From the NCBI RefSeq assembly GCF_009914755.1, contig NC_060927.1: DNA of 64,000 nt, one strand, 5' to 3'. Positions 1-17,873 of this stretch are shown piece by piece. The notes beneath the pieces are model-generated. The model had not been told where the DNA came from, did no database searches, and saw only the letters and a program-made list of their open reading frames with translations. The position numbers and the translations under genes were made by a program. The DNA comes from the human T2T-CHM13v2.0 reference genome, Homo sapiens. Positions within the stretch are counted from its first letter, which is position 1, and every line of letters begins with the position of its first letter.

Positions 1-272
1 TTATATACCTAGTTAACCTAAATTATGTTTTTATTTTTTCATTTAGCTTCTTACATGCTTCCAGTTTGAATATTTTGTTTACATGTGCCTTTTGTAAACA
101 TTTTTCTAAAATTTAGAAGTATTTTAATTGTAATCATTTATTTTAAAAACACGTAGTATCTATATATGCCATTTTACACACATTAAGTGATTTGGATCTT
201 AAAAGTTGATAATCTACCATATTTTTCTTCTCATTCTCCATAGACGCTGCCCTTTTAAGCATATTTGCCTAG

Positions 273-490
273 ATGATTGCTTCTGGACAGTCAGAGATTT
301 GGCCCCCAAGAGACATGTGGCAATGTTTGGGGACAATTTTTATTGTAATCACTTGAGGGCTGGAGTACTGGTATCTAGTGGTAGAGGCCAAGGATGTTGT
401 TAAACATCCTATGAGGAACAGGGCAGCACCGCACAGTAAAAAATCACCAAGCTCAAGAAATGTCAGTAGGGCCAAGATTGAGAAATCCTG
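273..490 (+). mobile_element. MER20 hAT-Charlie DNA transposon
   Basis: Matches recalled MER20 consensus blocks (TGGCAATGT..., CTGGTATCTAGTGGTAGAGGCCAAGGATGTTGTTAAACATCCT) and the terminal TTGAGAAATCCTG; left boundary approximate. Confidence 0.8.
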
Positions 491-3032
491 AGTCCTAAAC
501 TATCCCTGGGGACATTATCAGCATGGACAATAGGACTGGGCTGTGCATTCTTCCTTTTAGGCAAATGTCATTGGTTTTATTGGCTTTATTTTTCCTCCGT
601 CTTAAACACCCCCAACCCCCCCTCATTGTGCTTATTAGTGTTTTAATTAGAAGTGAGTGTTAGCTTTTTCTTTCAAAACAGAAATATCTTGGTGATGACA
701 GTAACTGACAAAACATCTGTTAAATTTTTCACAAAAAAATTTCCTTATTTCTCAATGTTCTTGGAATGCTGTTGATGTTTGCTGAAGTAAATTTCCAGAC
801 TCCATTCATTTATCAAAATTTGGGTATTCTATAATACAATCAAACATTTATCTAGTATCGTAATTTGCAATCCCTTTAGATGTAATCTTCAGTCATCAAG
901 AGCAAGTTCTAGGCTGCTATGAAATTAAGTTCGCTTCTTCAAATTGTTTGAGCACGATTGTCGTTTAGTAAAATAAACATAGCTCTATTATTTCTTAATG
1001 TCTTTCTTAACAAGTATAAGATTAGACTGCTTCTCACAAACTCCCATTGGGCAGCATTTAAGAAGTGAGTAATATTTCTGTCTGTTTAAGTCAAGTAATC
1101 CCAAATGGAAGTAATTTATGGGAAGGCATCGGGGAGAGTTACAATAGACATATTGCAATATGCCACTGGAAATCAACATCTCCCCACATGTTTGATCAAG
1201 AGCCAGATGGAAGCTTTTATCATATTTATTTAATCTGAAATACACATGGTAATTACACTGGACCTTTGATTCAAGTCCTTATTAATGTCTCCAGAGAAGT
1301 CAGGAAATGAGTTTGTCAGTTGCAAACTGATTTAGTCATGACCCTCTGGGTAGAATTTACATCTATCACTGCCTAGATTAGAGTAGAGCTACAAGTCACT
1401 TTGTGCCTCAAGAAAGTGAAGTAAAGTAAAAGCTTAGTTAACGTGTGTAAGAGGAGTAAGAAGCTCCTGCTCTGTCCAAAATATTGTTTGTACTATTTTT
1501 CATTCATGCTGCTCCAGAATGGCTCCCTCCTATGAGTGGTGTGTGAGTAAAGTAGAATATAAAGTTTATGGCCACTATCTCACAAAGTAAAATTAACCAA
1601 AACACCAACAAAGGCACATTGAAGTGAAATACTCTCACATTTCGAGTCCCAAATCTGGGGTCTTAGACAACTTCTACAATTAAACTTAGCAGATGTTAGT
1701 ATACATGGAGTTTTCTTTGGATTAGTGATAGGAAGAGGAAGATATCGCAAAGATCACCTTTCAAAATGTTACATTTAGGAAAATGTGAGTTAGCAAAACT
1801 TTAATGTTGAATGTTTACATTCTAACTTTTCAACTATGATGTTTTTACATAATAAGAAAACATGTATCAAAGATGACCAGTATTAATATGTATAAAAAAC
1901 ATTAAAATAATATACCTGTTAAGGTAGATGGAGCTTATTTATCTTTGGAGGATGGGTGTAATGGAAGACATCAACTAAATGTTATTTTTTTAACATTCAA
2001 AAACGTGCATTATGATTATGTTATTTTATTTTCAAAGTTAGAAAAACGAATATATATGTATTTGTTTAAAGATTTGTACATGTATATACGTGTGTATATA
2101 TATATGTACAGCCTTTTGAAAGTGCTCACAGAAAATATAGCATTTTCTGATATATTTTTGATGTTTTGTAGGAGAAAAATATGAATTAAGTTTATTACCA
2201 AAGAATAACAATAGATTGCTATTAAGATGTATAACTAATGAGAAATATTCAGGTAAATCACATACCTACTCTGAAATGACTTCCACAATTTTATTGCTTG
2301 ATCAAAATGATATTAATGGCTATTACTGTTGTCCTAATAAACTTGCATAGAATTTTATTTCATTAAATTAAATTAAAAAGCTATTAAATTAAATCCTATT
2401 AAAATTTAAATGGTAATTAAAAACCATAAAATAATCCTATCAATAATTTATTTATTATGCTAAGCCAATATGATATATACTACAGCTATCCTGTGGTTAT
2501 CTCCCATATTTCCATTAACAATGTTCTTAAGCTTGGTTATTTATCTGTTTCCATTGACATGACATAACTACTGTTATCTCCAATAAGTTTACATTGTACA
2601 AACAAGGAAAGCACATACTGAACATGTATTCTGCTGGATGCCCTACTAAGAATGTTCTACATAAGATCCCATCTCATTTTCACAATAAATTTTATAAGAT
2701 AAGTGATCAACAAAGGCAACATTTTACAGAAAATAAAACAAGGCCTCTAACTATAAAAGACAATTAAAACTAGGATTCATAATCAGGGTCTCGTTTTTAT
2801 GGCAAGTCTTTTCCGAAAAAAGGTAAATTTTAAAATTTTTCTTTAGTAAAGAATTGTTGTACCCTTGTTTTTTCCTGTTTTGTATTTATAACAACAAAAA
2901 CCTTTCATGTAATGTAGTAATTAAAATGTCTTCCATATGCAAAGTTAAAAACAGTTATGATTCAGTGAACAAAATAGAGAACCAGATATTAACACTTCTG
3001 ATTCTAAGTGAGCTGTTGCGTTAGAATGTGAC

Positions 3033-5792
<2,760 letters not shown>

Positions 5793-7689
5793 GTGACTTT
5801 CAAAAAAAAAACTTTGTTATTTGTTATTTTCTTGTGTTACTTTGTAAGACAGTTCGAACCCTTGGTGAATGACAAATTCTAGAAAAAAGGAAAAAATGGA
5901 TTTATTTGAAGGTAGGAGAAAAGAATTAAATAAACACAATTTGTTATAGAAACATAAACAATTACACTAATTTAGAAGAATGATTATAACTACATGAAGT
6001 TTTCAACTGTAATTAAAATATGATTTATTTTAGGTTATGTATTTAATGATATCTATGAAAAACACAGTCTGTACCTGTAAATTGTATTTGTATTCCTTAA
6101 GTAGAGGAAAGCTATAGGGTTCTATCATTAAAATTCTGGGACATTCTTAGGTATTAGGTACGGCTTTGAAAAGTTTTAAAATTTTACTTTTATTATTATA
6201 ACATATAGTGTGGAATATAAAATACAGATATTTTAAGGTTGCCATTTAAATTTTTCTTCAGCACAGTTGAAATGACTGTAGTGAATGCATCTTAGAGCTT
6301 TCAGTTAAGTCTTTTCATTGGTATGTTTGGCCTATAAGGTTCTGTGCAATAATTGTTAAAATGAATAATTATATTTTATGTATAACAAGAATTTAAGTCC
6401 AGTGCTTTGTAACAATGATGTAGGACAAAATTTTACATATAATTATACTTCATATTAACTTGTAAGGGCAGAATTATTTTATAGGCATATTTGCCACTCA
6501 TTAATATTTAAGTAAATTTCTTCTGAAGATTTTGTTATAGGCTTAGTTAGCTGCATTTTGCATACTTATTTCTCACATTTAAAAAATCACAATCTATTAA
6601 TTCATAGAGTATGCAAATTTTCTGTATGCTTAAATAGAAAGATTAATTACTGTTGTAATTTAAGCATAGTATGTTTCTTACAAACTTTCTTTTTCTTTCT
6701 TTTTGGAAAACTAAAGTGTATTTTATACTCACAAACATGCACACAACTATTTCTGTCATTATATCAGTGTCTAGATCCATGACTATCTGATCACTACATT
6801 CTTAATGATAATAAGGTCATAGCAGCTCCTGATAGGTATTAAATAAATAGCTCATATAAATAGCCAAATCTCCAAGGGTTAACTACACTGAAGTTTTATA
6901 CCAGTATTTTCTTCTGAATTCATGTTATAAGAAATCAATAAATTTGATAAAACCTTCTTCCAAAATTCTTCCTATAACGGAGTAAATTAATGTACTTAAC
7001 AGATCCAAAATTAAGTGACATTCTAAGTTGGTTTCTGTAATACAATATTTGAAATATCCTAGTTCATTTTTTATTATATCCTATCAATTACATTAAGAGA
7101 CTAGATTTTCCTTGTAAGTCAAACATTTGAACTCTAAACATATTTTCTACATTACCTTTTGGGTCTAAATGCATTTTTTGCGTGTACACTTGACAAAAAC
7201 TTATCCACCACTTATACTTTTGGTCATTTTGGAAAATAGGTTCTGGATTGGGAGATGCGGAAGAAACCCAGTGATGTTTGGTCTTTGACTATTTTCTTCC
7301 AATGTCTTCGTGGAATAGTTTCAGGAGAGAGCACAGCACAGAGAACAAAGAATCTCAGGAAAGGAATCTTCTCTGCAATTTGGGAAAGTTGTTCACAAGA
7401 ACATGTGCTCAGGCATCCATAAGCCAAACAATTACTTTTTAACATGCAGTAATCATGGTCTATCCTCTTGATAGCAACTTTCCCGTATGAAAATTCTCTT
7501 ATGCTGGTCTAATTCAGCTTGGGTCAGGTTCAGTTTTGCAGTTAGGAGCTTGGACAATAACATAATGATAAATATTTACTAAAAAATCTAAATTTGTTAT
7601 GAAAATAGTAACTATTTTGCAAGACTGATTTGTGGTTCAAATGAGTTTATGCTTATTTAATAAATTTAATAAAGTAATAAGAATAATGC

Positions 7690-7880
7690 TTTTAATAAAT
7701 ATGAACTATTATATTTTATGGGACAAGTATTGTACTAAAACTTTTGTATATATTATCTGATCTGTTATGCACAAGAATTTTTTGTGTCACCTACTATTAT
7801 TATCCTGTTTAATAGATGTGAAAACTAAGGTAGAGGGAGGTTAAGTAACATATCTGTCATATAGCTAGTGTATAAAGGAC
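7690..7880 (-). mobile_element. Degraded MIR
   Basis: MIR core-like TATTATCCTGTTTAATAGATGTGAAAACTAAGGTAGAGGGAGGTTAAGTAAC; boundaries approximate. Confidence 0.6.
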
Positions 7881-9058
7881 CAGTAACAGCAAGATGGGAG
7901 TGATTGAGTTACTTCCTATTTGAACATAACTTAGTACATGAAAAAGCAATCAGAGAACATCTATTTAAGCTTAATATTTTAATATTTAAAAAAAAGCATA
8001 AGTCTTTTCTACTGGTATGTGATGATCTCTTTATAATGATATATGGAAAAGACATATATTCATTATTGTAACTGAGAAACTGGTTCAATTATCATTTATA
8101 GTGGTTTTTAAAACTCATAAACATAGTTAATATAACTTATAATTATCATCAGAATAATCAATTCCAAAAATATATAACAGAATTGATTTGACTATAGTGA
8201 CTAGTGTTGTTATATACATTTTAGAACTGACTTGTTTAAAAATATATTTTAGTAGAAATAGTATTGTGTGTCTAGTGTATTGGCTCATAAAAACTTAATA
8301 TGTTTCTAACAGGTGATGATTCTACCCCATTTAAGTGTTTATTTTTCCATCAGATGTATTTATACACATGGATAAACATCACAGTCAATTGGTACAGCCT
8401 GAAATTTTAGAATAATGTGGAGTCTATAAACGATCTCATTGGCAAATATTTATTCTTTATTATACTAAGTATTTAAAAAATTCTTCTATACTATTTTTGT
8501 TGTTTCCTCTGAAAGCATGCTTAATTTAATTATAATCAAGCCATGTGTCTTTTTTTTTCAGCTTAAGAAATGTGTTTACAACTATATTTTACTCTTAGGC
8601 GAAAATAATTGCATACAATATACTTAACCTCCATTCTGCTTAAACATACCTTAATTTATCTTTTTAGATTTTCACAGAATACATTGCCAAAATGGATATA
8701 TGGCAATGTCATATTGAAGTCATTTATTTTTTTTCTTAATGGTTGTTCCTATTTATTTATTTTATGTGTGTGGACAGAGAACAGTGATGTGTGAAGAGTT
8801 TGGTATTGTTGACATTGAAGGCAGAACAGCTCCAAGAGAGAAAGACAGGAAGCAACAGAATAAAAAGCAGCAATTTATATATATCACATAAAATAAACTA
8901 GGCACTGTGAAATGAATTTTAGCATATATTTTTTTCTGATAAAAGCAACCCCAAACTAGAAAATGCAGGCTTGTTGCAGGATGTCTAACCTTATGAAGCT
9001 CATTGTTTTATTTGCATATTTATTGAACACTTTTTAGATATGACATATGCATATGTCC

Positions 9059-9618
9059 TGTCTTTGTCCATTTGGTCTGCTATAACAAAATACCACCAAT
9101 TGGGTAGTTTATAAACAACAGAAATTTATTTCTCACAGTTCTGGATGCTGAGAATTATGATATCAAGGTGCAGGCAGATTCAATGTTTGGTGAGGGCCTG
9201 CTTTTTGGTTCATAGATAGTGTAGTGTATTCTCTGTGTACTCACATGGTGAAAAGGGCAAAGCAATGCAACTCTGGGCATCCCCTCTTTTTTTTTTTTTT
9301 TTTTTTTTTTTTGTTTTTAGAGGGATTCTTGCTCTGTCACCCTGGCTGGAGTGCAGTAGCGCGATCTCAGCTCACTGCAAACTCTGCCTCCTGGGTTCCA
9401 GAGATTCTCTGGCCTCAGCCTCCTGAGTAGCTGAGATTACAAGGGCATGCCACCATGCCTGGCTAATATTTTATTTTAGGGCACTAATTCCATTAATGAA
9501 GGAATAACTCTCACGACCTAATCACCTTCCAAAGGCTCCACCTCCTAATATCATCACGTTGGTGATTAAGATTTCAACACATGAATTTTGGAGGGACACA
9601 AACATTCAGACCTTAGCA
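9059..9618 (-). mobile_element. MLT1A-like MaLR solo LTR interrupted by an Alu
   Basis: CTGCTATAACAAAATACC...AAACAACAGAAATTTATTTCTCACAGTTCTGG at the left end and GGAGGGACACAAACATTCAGACCTTAGCA at the right end match recalled MLT1A/B consensus. Confidence 0.8.
9287..9472 (-). mobile_element. 5'-truncated Alu (right arm only)
   Basis: Poly-T followed by the Alu right-arm reverse complement, ending at the A-rich linker. Confidence 0.9.
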
Positions 9619-12600
9619 GATTCATTATAAACTGATTTTTTAACAGTGACTGTTTTGAGAAAAGCAGAGCAGGTACCTATTCTCATTTATAAACAGAGAA
9701 ACTGAAACTCTACACTGGTCACATGGAAACTAGAATGAAATACTATTTGAGATCTCTGAGCTTAAAAAGAGACTACTATTTTATGAAGGAAAATTAGACT
9801 CTAAGTTATGTGCCCAATGGATAACTTAGCTGACTTTTCTCAGCAGCAAATGGCCCCATGGTAATCCATGGCAATCCAAAAACTTATTTTATTTTCCGTT
9901 TGATCACCTAGATAGCCTTTAAAAACATCCTTTTCTTTCACCTTCCTCCTGTTATCACACAGGTAATCTCCTCATGGAAAGTTCTCTCACTTTATGAATG
10001 TCAGTGGGAAAGGAGGTGAAGCGTTTTGTGAAGGACCCTTAGTTCTAATAGCTGCACTGCTCTGCTGGTTGAGAGTACTCTCTGGAGTTGTTCAGATTCT
10101 TCAGAGCTAAAAAATTTCCTCACTTGAAATAGTCAAGGAAATACTAGCCTGCATTCACCAGCAAAAAAGATCGCTGAAAGGAAGAGAACTATGCTAGAAC
10201 CTACATTTTCCAAAAATAGAAATACCATGTTCGGATACATTTTCCATTTAATTTTTGTTCTCAAGAACAAACAGGGTATCTTTTTCAAGGACATATTTTA
10301 TTTGTGCCCAGCACATTATTGATCATGTATAAGTATAGATTAATAAAATTTATTGTGAAATAATTAGGATGTCTGTAAATAATGAAGAAAGGATGAGCAG
10401 ATCAGATCACGAAATGGGACAATCTTCCCAGGAGGGAAGCTGCAGTCCAGTGCATGAAATTAGTGCACGGAGTGGCAACAGTTTCCTTCTGCACTCCTGA
10501 TAATCACATTGCACTTACTGAAACAGTTTGTAAATTGATTGTATCTCTAAGCTAAACAGCCTTGGAACACTAAAAACAAACCAAACTAAAACAAAGAAAA
10601 TGGTGATTTTATAATTAGTATGGCCCAAAACGTTGTGAATAGGAAACTTATGTACTCTTACAGATATAAACATGTGGGGCCATTTGTTTTTTATGAGCTT
10701 CATGGGAAAATAAATTTGTGTTACACTAAATACATTCTGAGAGGAAAGATTAAGTTTTGTGTTTGCTTGGATTTGCTTTAACCCGTCATTGAAAATCTGT
10801 TGTATGATGTAGCCTTAATTTAAAACTCAAAGTTTCTACACATATTACGTATAGTTAAAACTATGTGTAAATCACTGCACAAATATGAAGAATTATATAT
10901 TTTCATGTTTTCTATCTCTTAGATAGTATTCTTAAGCGTTTTTGTCAGAAACAGTAATTGTACATAAAATTACGACATAATAGATGGCCCTTGAGTAAGC
11001 GCAGTGACGCATTTCTCTCCAGGGACTTTGCTTATGTCAAAGAACAGTTTATTTTTTCCCACAAGTTATGTATAACTGTTTCTAATGTTGTACCATAGTG
11101 CCCCTCTTTCTGAAGAATTATTCTTTTTAAATAGGGGGAAGTGGGCCCTTAAGTATATGGAAAAATTCTAATTTAATGTTAGAATCAAACTATAAAAAGC
11201 AGTAATTAAGTACATATCTGGATGAGTCATTTATACTTGATAGTAACAGTTTTATTATAATTTAGTATTATGAAGGGGCAGTGATCCGTTGCTCAGCACA
11301 GCAAATTGGCATATAAAAAACAATCTGTTTGGAATTTAGCATAAGAATTTAATATTATTCATTCACTCAATTTGCTTAGCTTTAAGAACTGTGTAAAAGT
11401 GCTGTTACAACTATATTACAAGTGTAAGAAACAACCTTTATCTTCAAGAAAACATATCTTTGGGGGAAGATAAAACTTAAACAAGTGAATTAATCTGGAG
11501 GAGTAAACTCCTGGACTAAATAATTCAAGGATAATTGACAGAGACTGATCACTGTTGTTCGGACTTTGCATGCCCAGAGGGAAAGAAGTATGTCTTACAG
11601 GATGAAGAAGCATAAATAACAGGAGATTATTTAGCATGGATGGGCATTGGATTCTCCATCATGATAGAAAAAAAAGGAATACAGACTATGTGGAAAAATA
11701 AAATGCTATAAATGACCTCAACCAGCTCTCGTTCCCAAAATAGGAGTCATCTTAGCCATACTAAAAACTGACTTCCATAGTTAATTTTAAAGCTTTTCCA
11801 AGATTATTTCAAAACTAGTTTAAGCAAGCTGTTTCGAGATAACTATGATTTTTCTGAGTACGTACTTTACATACATTGAAAAAAATTGCAATATATTACA
11901 TAGAGCCTGACACAGATTAAATACTCAACAAATTATTCTCTTATTTAATCCTCACCCATCAGACTGCCACCAGATTCTTTTTCCATCTAATCTCATGTTA
12001 TGCAAATCTTTCTGTATTAATATTTTCCCTAATCTTTCAAATAGACACTTAGAATGGTTCACAGTTTTCACATGGAGTAAATTAAAAGTCCTGAATGAGT
12101 CTTTTAAAAGGCTGAAAAAGGAAACCTATATTTTTCCACATGGCAGCTTATACGTTCCAACTCTCTTTTTTTTTTCCTCATAAAACTAACATTTGGATAG
12201 TGCTTCCTTTGTGTCAGACATTCTTCTAAGCCATTTCAGAGTATTGATACATTTAGTCACTGACAATGCTGGGAAATAAGTATTCACATTCTAAAGATGA
12301 GAAGGCTAAAAAACCTGACCTGTGTCACACAGATAGCAGTAAATGGTTTAAGGCTTGGTGTAAACAATTTGTAAATCCAGAGTTTGTAAGCAGTGTCTTC
12401 CACTTGAAAAATTTTCACTGAGTTTTCTGTTAATCAAAATTTGACTTTGAAAACATATTTATTTTAATATATAATAACAATTGAATAATAATCACTTTCT
12501 TTGTATAAAAATGTCCTTGGAACTTAATTTTAAAATATTTTAAATAAAATGATTTACATTTTAATTATTTCCTACCATTATATTTATAACTGAAAATCAA

Positions 12601-12644
12601 ATATAATAACTTAATAAAGTATTTTTTATAAAAAAATTTTACAT

Positions 12645-12944
12645 GGTCAGACGCAGTGGCTCACACCTGTAATCCTAGCACTTTGGGAGGCCTAAGCAGG
12701 TGGATCACCTGAGGTCAGCAGTTCAAGACCAGCCTGGTCAACCTGGTGAAACCCTGTCTCCACTAAAAATACCAAAATTAGCCTGGCATGGTGATGCATG
12801 CCTATAATCTCAGCTACTTGGGTGGCTGAGGCAGGAGAATAGCTTGAACCCAGGAGGCGGAGGTTGCAGAGAGCTGAGATTGTACCCCTGCACTTCAGCC
12901 TGGGTGACAGAGCGAGACTCCATCTTACAAAAAAAAAAAAAAAA
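12645..12944 (+). mobile_element. AluS (Sx-like)
   Basis: Full dimeric Alu with GGATCACCTGAGGTCAG and an A tail. Confidence 0.95.
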
Positions 12945-14384
12945 ATTCCAACACTAGAATGAAAAGCTACTTGCATTCATATTTTCTACATACTGTTATC
13001 TTAAAAGGCCAGAAATTCTTCATATTTGAGTTTGTACCTTGTATTTTAAGAACAGAAAACACAATAGACTAGACCCTTGATAGAAACCCCAGCAATGATT
13101 TCAGAGATAGAATTACATTATGTAGGATTTCTCCATATTAAGATTTTAAGTAAAACTATAAATTAGTGTTATTTTTCACTCGTAAATATTTAAAATTACT
13201 GAACTTAGGTATTATAATTTGACATAATTTTCTCTTTGGAGTCTTTACTAAGCATCAAATAACTCTAAATGAAAGTTGTTAAGTTCAGAAAGTTTTATGT
13301 TTACAATATCTTTTGTGTTTTCTGCATTGTCAGGTAAAAGAGATTACTAATGTATTATCACATCTCCTGAAATTTACTCCAACATTAACAGGCTAATGCC
13401 AACAAATCATGGGCTAATGCTTGAGAATGAAAAATGATCTTTAACAATACATGATGTATTTATCTGAATAACAATGTAGACACAGCTCTCTGTTAAGAAA
13501 TTTCAGAAAGCTTTACTTCGTCTTTTTATTGCTATGAAATAGGAGGTAGATGTGAGAGGAAATATGAGAAATTGCCATTGAAATTTAGCCATTTAAATTA
13601 TGTACTCTTCCTGCATCATTCAGGTAATACTTATCCTCAATCCCAAACATTTGTTTTAGTTGCTAAGAATAAAAACTTAAGGAGAGGCTCTTAGTTCTAA
13701 CAGTTATGGGGATTTAAAAAAAAGCATAGCCAAAAATATTACTTTTTTAAAAATACACTTACTTGTAGACATATAAAGTAACTTTTCTCATATCCATATT
13801 ATCTTTAAAACCTTAAAATCCTATGAAAATATGTTGATTTACTTTGTCAATGAAATGAAAGATGGAAGTTGAAGTATTTCCTTCACAGATTATAAGAATG
13901 AATAGGATCAAATAAATATGTGTTATAAATTAATTTCTTCAAAAGTTATGTTAATCTATCTCTGAATGTATCTGAAACAAACTGAAAACAATAATGAACA
14001 TGATAAATTTAAATTGATCTACAACAAATTTTAACAGATCAAATCGTTTTAATGTCAAAAAAAAAAGGAAAGAGAAAATGGCCTATATATATAATCTGAG
14101 ATTCTACTGTAAGAATGAAGGTTACAGGCAAAAAAAATTAAATACATCAATGAAACCTTTCCCTAATAGTGATCTATATCCTAAGACACTACCTCCATTC
14201 CATTCACTAGGTACAGATGTCATGTAATTCATATTTCAGTTGCAAAGATAGCTGTACCTGAATTGATCTACTGCATTAAGAATGAGCAAGAAATACCATC
14301 AGCATCAGAACAGAGAGTCTTTGTTCAAGTCATCCCAACAGTAAGATGAAAAATGAGAAAAGAAAATACAAGGATATGTAAAGA

Positions 14385-14501
14385 TTATTTATTTATTTAT
14401 TTTTGAGACAGGAACTCTGTGTTCCTTAAACCTCTTTTTCCTTATAAATTACCCAGTCCACAGGTATGGCTTTATTAGCAGCATGATAACAGACTAATAC
14501 A
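14385..14501. mobile_element. Composite of an Alu tail stub (-, about 14385-14412) fused to the last ~90 bp of a THE1-type LTR (+, about 14411-14501)
   Basis: (TTTA)n-TTTTTGAGACAGG followed directly by ...AAACCTCTTTTTCCTTATAAATTACCCAGTC...AGACTAATACA. Confidence 0.75.
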
Positions 14502-14533
14502 GAAAGCATACAATTTAATTAAAAAATAATAAT

Positions 14534-14813
14534 GGCCGGATGCGGTGACTCACGCCTGTAATCCCAGCACTTTTGGAGGCTGAGGTGGGCAGATCACGAG
14601 GTCAGGAGTTCAAGGCCAGCCTCACCAATATGGTGAAACCTCATCTCTACTGAAAATACAGAAATTAGCCGGGCGTGGTGGTGCACGTCTGTAGTCCCAG
14701 CTGCTCAGGAGGCTGAGGCAGGAGAATCATCTGAACCCGGGAGGTGGAGGTTGCAGTGAGTCAAGATCGTGCCACTGCACTCCAGCCTGGGCTACAGAGC
14801 AAGGCTATGTCTC

Positions 14814-14845
<32 letters not shown>
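14534..14845 (+). mobile_element. AluS (Sg-like) with an (AAT)n tail
   Basis: Full Alu with GATCACGAGGTCAGGAGTTC; tail converted to about 10 AAT repeats. Confidence 0.95.
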
Positions 14846-14847
<2 letters not shown>

Positions 14848-14899
14848 GCTTTGAATATTTTTAATATGTTAATATTTAAACATTTTCAATGATTAAAAA

Positions 14900-15990
14900 T
14901 TTTGTTTAAGCACAGAAAATAACATTAATGCAAACATATGACCCAATACCATAAAACTACACAACTTACTAAAAGACACTGAATGTTTGAATTGTTAAAG
15001 ACTCATGCTGATTATGTATAATACACTATATAAAGCAAAATGTATTTATAAGTTTATAAATCCCAATAAATAATCTGTTATATTTTGATTCTTCCAAAAT
15101 TTTTCTGAACTTGATAGGGGGTGTTTTTAGAAGTCCTTCAACTGATTTTTAAAACCATAATACTGGTGTAATATTGGGCATACAGATCACTCATATAGAC
15201 TAGAATGTGCAGAAACATATAAAATATATAGACAATTATTTTATGGTAAGTTACATAAAATTATTGATTAAAGAAATTCTGTGGGGGACAGCTGGCTATA
15301 AAAACAGAAGTTATATTTTAACACTTTAGCCTCAAATCATAGACCACAATACATTTTAGAAGGATTAAGATATAATAACAAAAGGGTTAGATGACAATAA
15401 AGATTTGTATGCATATAATCTTATTGCAAAAGTGTTTTTTATTCTATGACCCACAAGCCACGTGTCATAACATAATAATTTAATGGATTTGATTACATAA
15501 AGTTGTAAGACTAATCTATCTGAAAATACCAAAAATGAAAAATAAAGAGAACTTGCTAAAAATTGTTAATCTTTAAAGACAGCTGTTAAAGCAAAATTTA
15601 AATAGAAAAATGGGCAAATTGCATAGACAGGCATTTCAAAAGTAATGAATTAAAATAGCTGAAAATATTTAGACATTATTATGTTAACCTGTAATTTCAT
15701 TAATCCAAAACATTTAAATTTAGATGTTACTTTTCCACATCAGAATGGCAAAATATTTTAAAATTATATTTTGATGTTAATGCAATATGGAGAAAAGAAT
15801 CCCTCAGGTGCTGTTGATGGTGGGGGGGGGGTTGAATTTGTACAATTTTTTGGCAATGTACATTGACAATATTTATCAAAAGCCTTTACAAAATATTTAT
15901 ACCATTGATCCAGAAATACTTTTTAGAATTTACCTTCAGCAAGAAAGACAGGTGCAGAGATGTATGAACAAAAATGATTTCTAAGTTCTC
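14900..15990 (+). mobile_element. Highly degraded ancient L1 (L1M) ORF2/3' fragments
   Basis: Motifs such as TAGAAAAATGGGCAAA...ACAGGCATTTCA and ATACCATTGATCCAGAAATACTTTTTAGAATTTACC resemble the L1 ORF2 C-terminal region; boundaries approximate. Confidence 0.55.
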
Positions 15991-16330
15991 TAAAAGAGTG
16001 CCCAGTTCTGCAAGATATTCAGCAAATAAAATGGATATGATTTATGACTGTCTGTTTATGAAAACTTGAGCAAGAGGTGGATTTTTGAACTGATTCCAAA
16101 GGATATTTCAAGTAATACAAATAGAGAATTCAGAAATATGACAGGTTTATTTTTTCCTCATTTTTGGAGATTTATGGGCAATGATAGAAATGTAGGGAAA
16201 TACAAGAAATAGATATTAGAGAGCTAAAATTAACTAGTAACTTTAATTTTAACGTTTAATGTTTTTAAAGTAAAGCTTCCCCCACCCCCTCACCCCGACC
16301 CGCAACAGGCATTTCAAAGGTGTATTGTTA

Positions 16331-16681
<351 letters not shown>

Positions 16682-17873
16682 TTACTTACTCCTTTGACTC
16701 TCTTATCTTCAACTTTCATCTCCTGAGATCACTCAGGAGGCTTACATGTGTGAGGTATTTTTATCGGCTGAGCCTTCATTTAGTTGTCTAGAACACAAAT
16801 CACTTTGTTTAATCAACTGTAACAGAGACTGGAAAATGCCTAGTTCTAATAACTGAAAGCAAAGAAGATGTTTGTTATCAGCTAGAAATCTCTGCCCCAA
16901 TATACCCTTCTGATCACCGAATATTTTTTCACCTCGTTTCCTTTACACAAACCACTACCACATCCCATCTAAAGAAACAACGTAAAGTTCCATCAAACCA
17001 AGGTATCCAACTCAAAGCTCAAGATCCGCAGATATGCACAATTCTCTTCACCATATCTGGTGAAAAGAAGTGAAAATAAGACAAGTTATTAATTCTCCTC
17101 TCCATCGCATACACAATACACATGATAGAGGAGAAGTACTTCATGATAATAAATACTCCCATTTGGAATTAAACCAAGAATGGTATACACAGGGTAATCA
17201 GGGATCTGTAGCAATTATAAAAACATGCCAGGCTGGCATTACAAGTCCCCTCTGTCTTGACAAGGTTTGTTGTTCCCTGAAGAACCTGGATTCTCCTCTA
17301 TTCATTCTTTTTTGCTTTCCCAAATTCTACCTTCTGTTGAGTTCAACCTAGTTAGTCATAGTCCATGACATATTTGAAGTAGGTGTCGGGGAGTATGTCC
17401 TCCATCGGGGATACATAGCTTTTATAGTCCACATTTTGCATTCAGCAAGTTTAGGTGTCTAGACGTTGTTTGAAGTTTCAAACAGTCAGACTTTTTTTTC
17501 TATCTAGACATATGATCCTTTGACACAGCAGTTACATTAAAAATACAGAAGACTCACAATCTATTTGTCAGATTAATGTTCCTATAATCCAGCTCTAGTT
17601 TTTGAAGGCATTCTTGCCAAGCCTAATTTACTTCTTTACTTTCACTGTCCGTTAAATAGATCTGTAAATTATAAATAGCTATCCTGAGGCTATCCGCAAC
17701 AATGAACCTGGGAGAGCAGGAAGTACACTCAATCTGATCTTTGTCATAGGGCTGAGTCTTAGTGGATTTTATTGCCCAGGTCTTCACTCAGTTTTATCCT
17801 TCTATAAAGAGCTAATTTTCCAAACTTTTGAGTGCCCAAATGTCTGGGTATTCTTTTGACCTTTTCACTTCTT

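Noticed and set aside
10980-11240. Possible intronic enhancer (TGACGCA, AP-1 TGAGTCA at 11223)
   Set aside because: Isolated 7-mers are expected by chance; conservation or chromatin data would be needed.
16700-17850. Possible degraded MLT1 internal region
   Set aside because: Only faint motif similarity; boundaries and family cannot be supported by eye.
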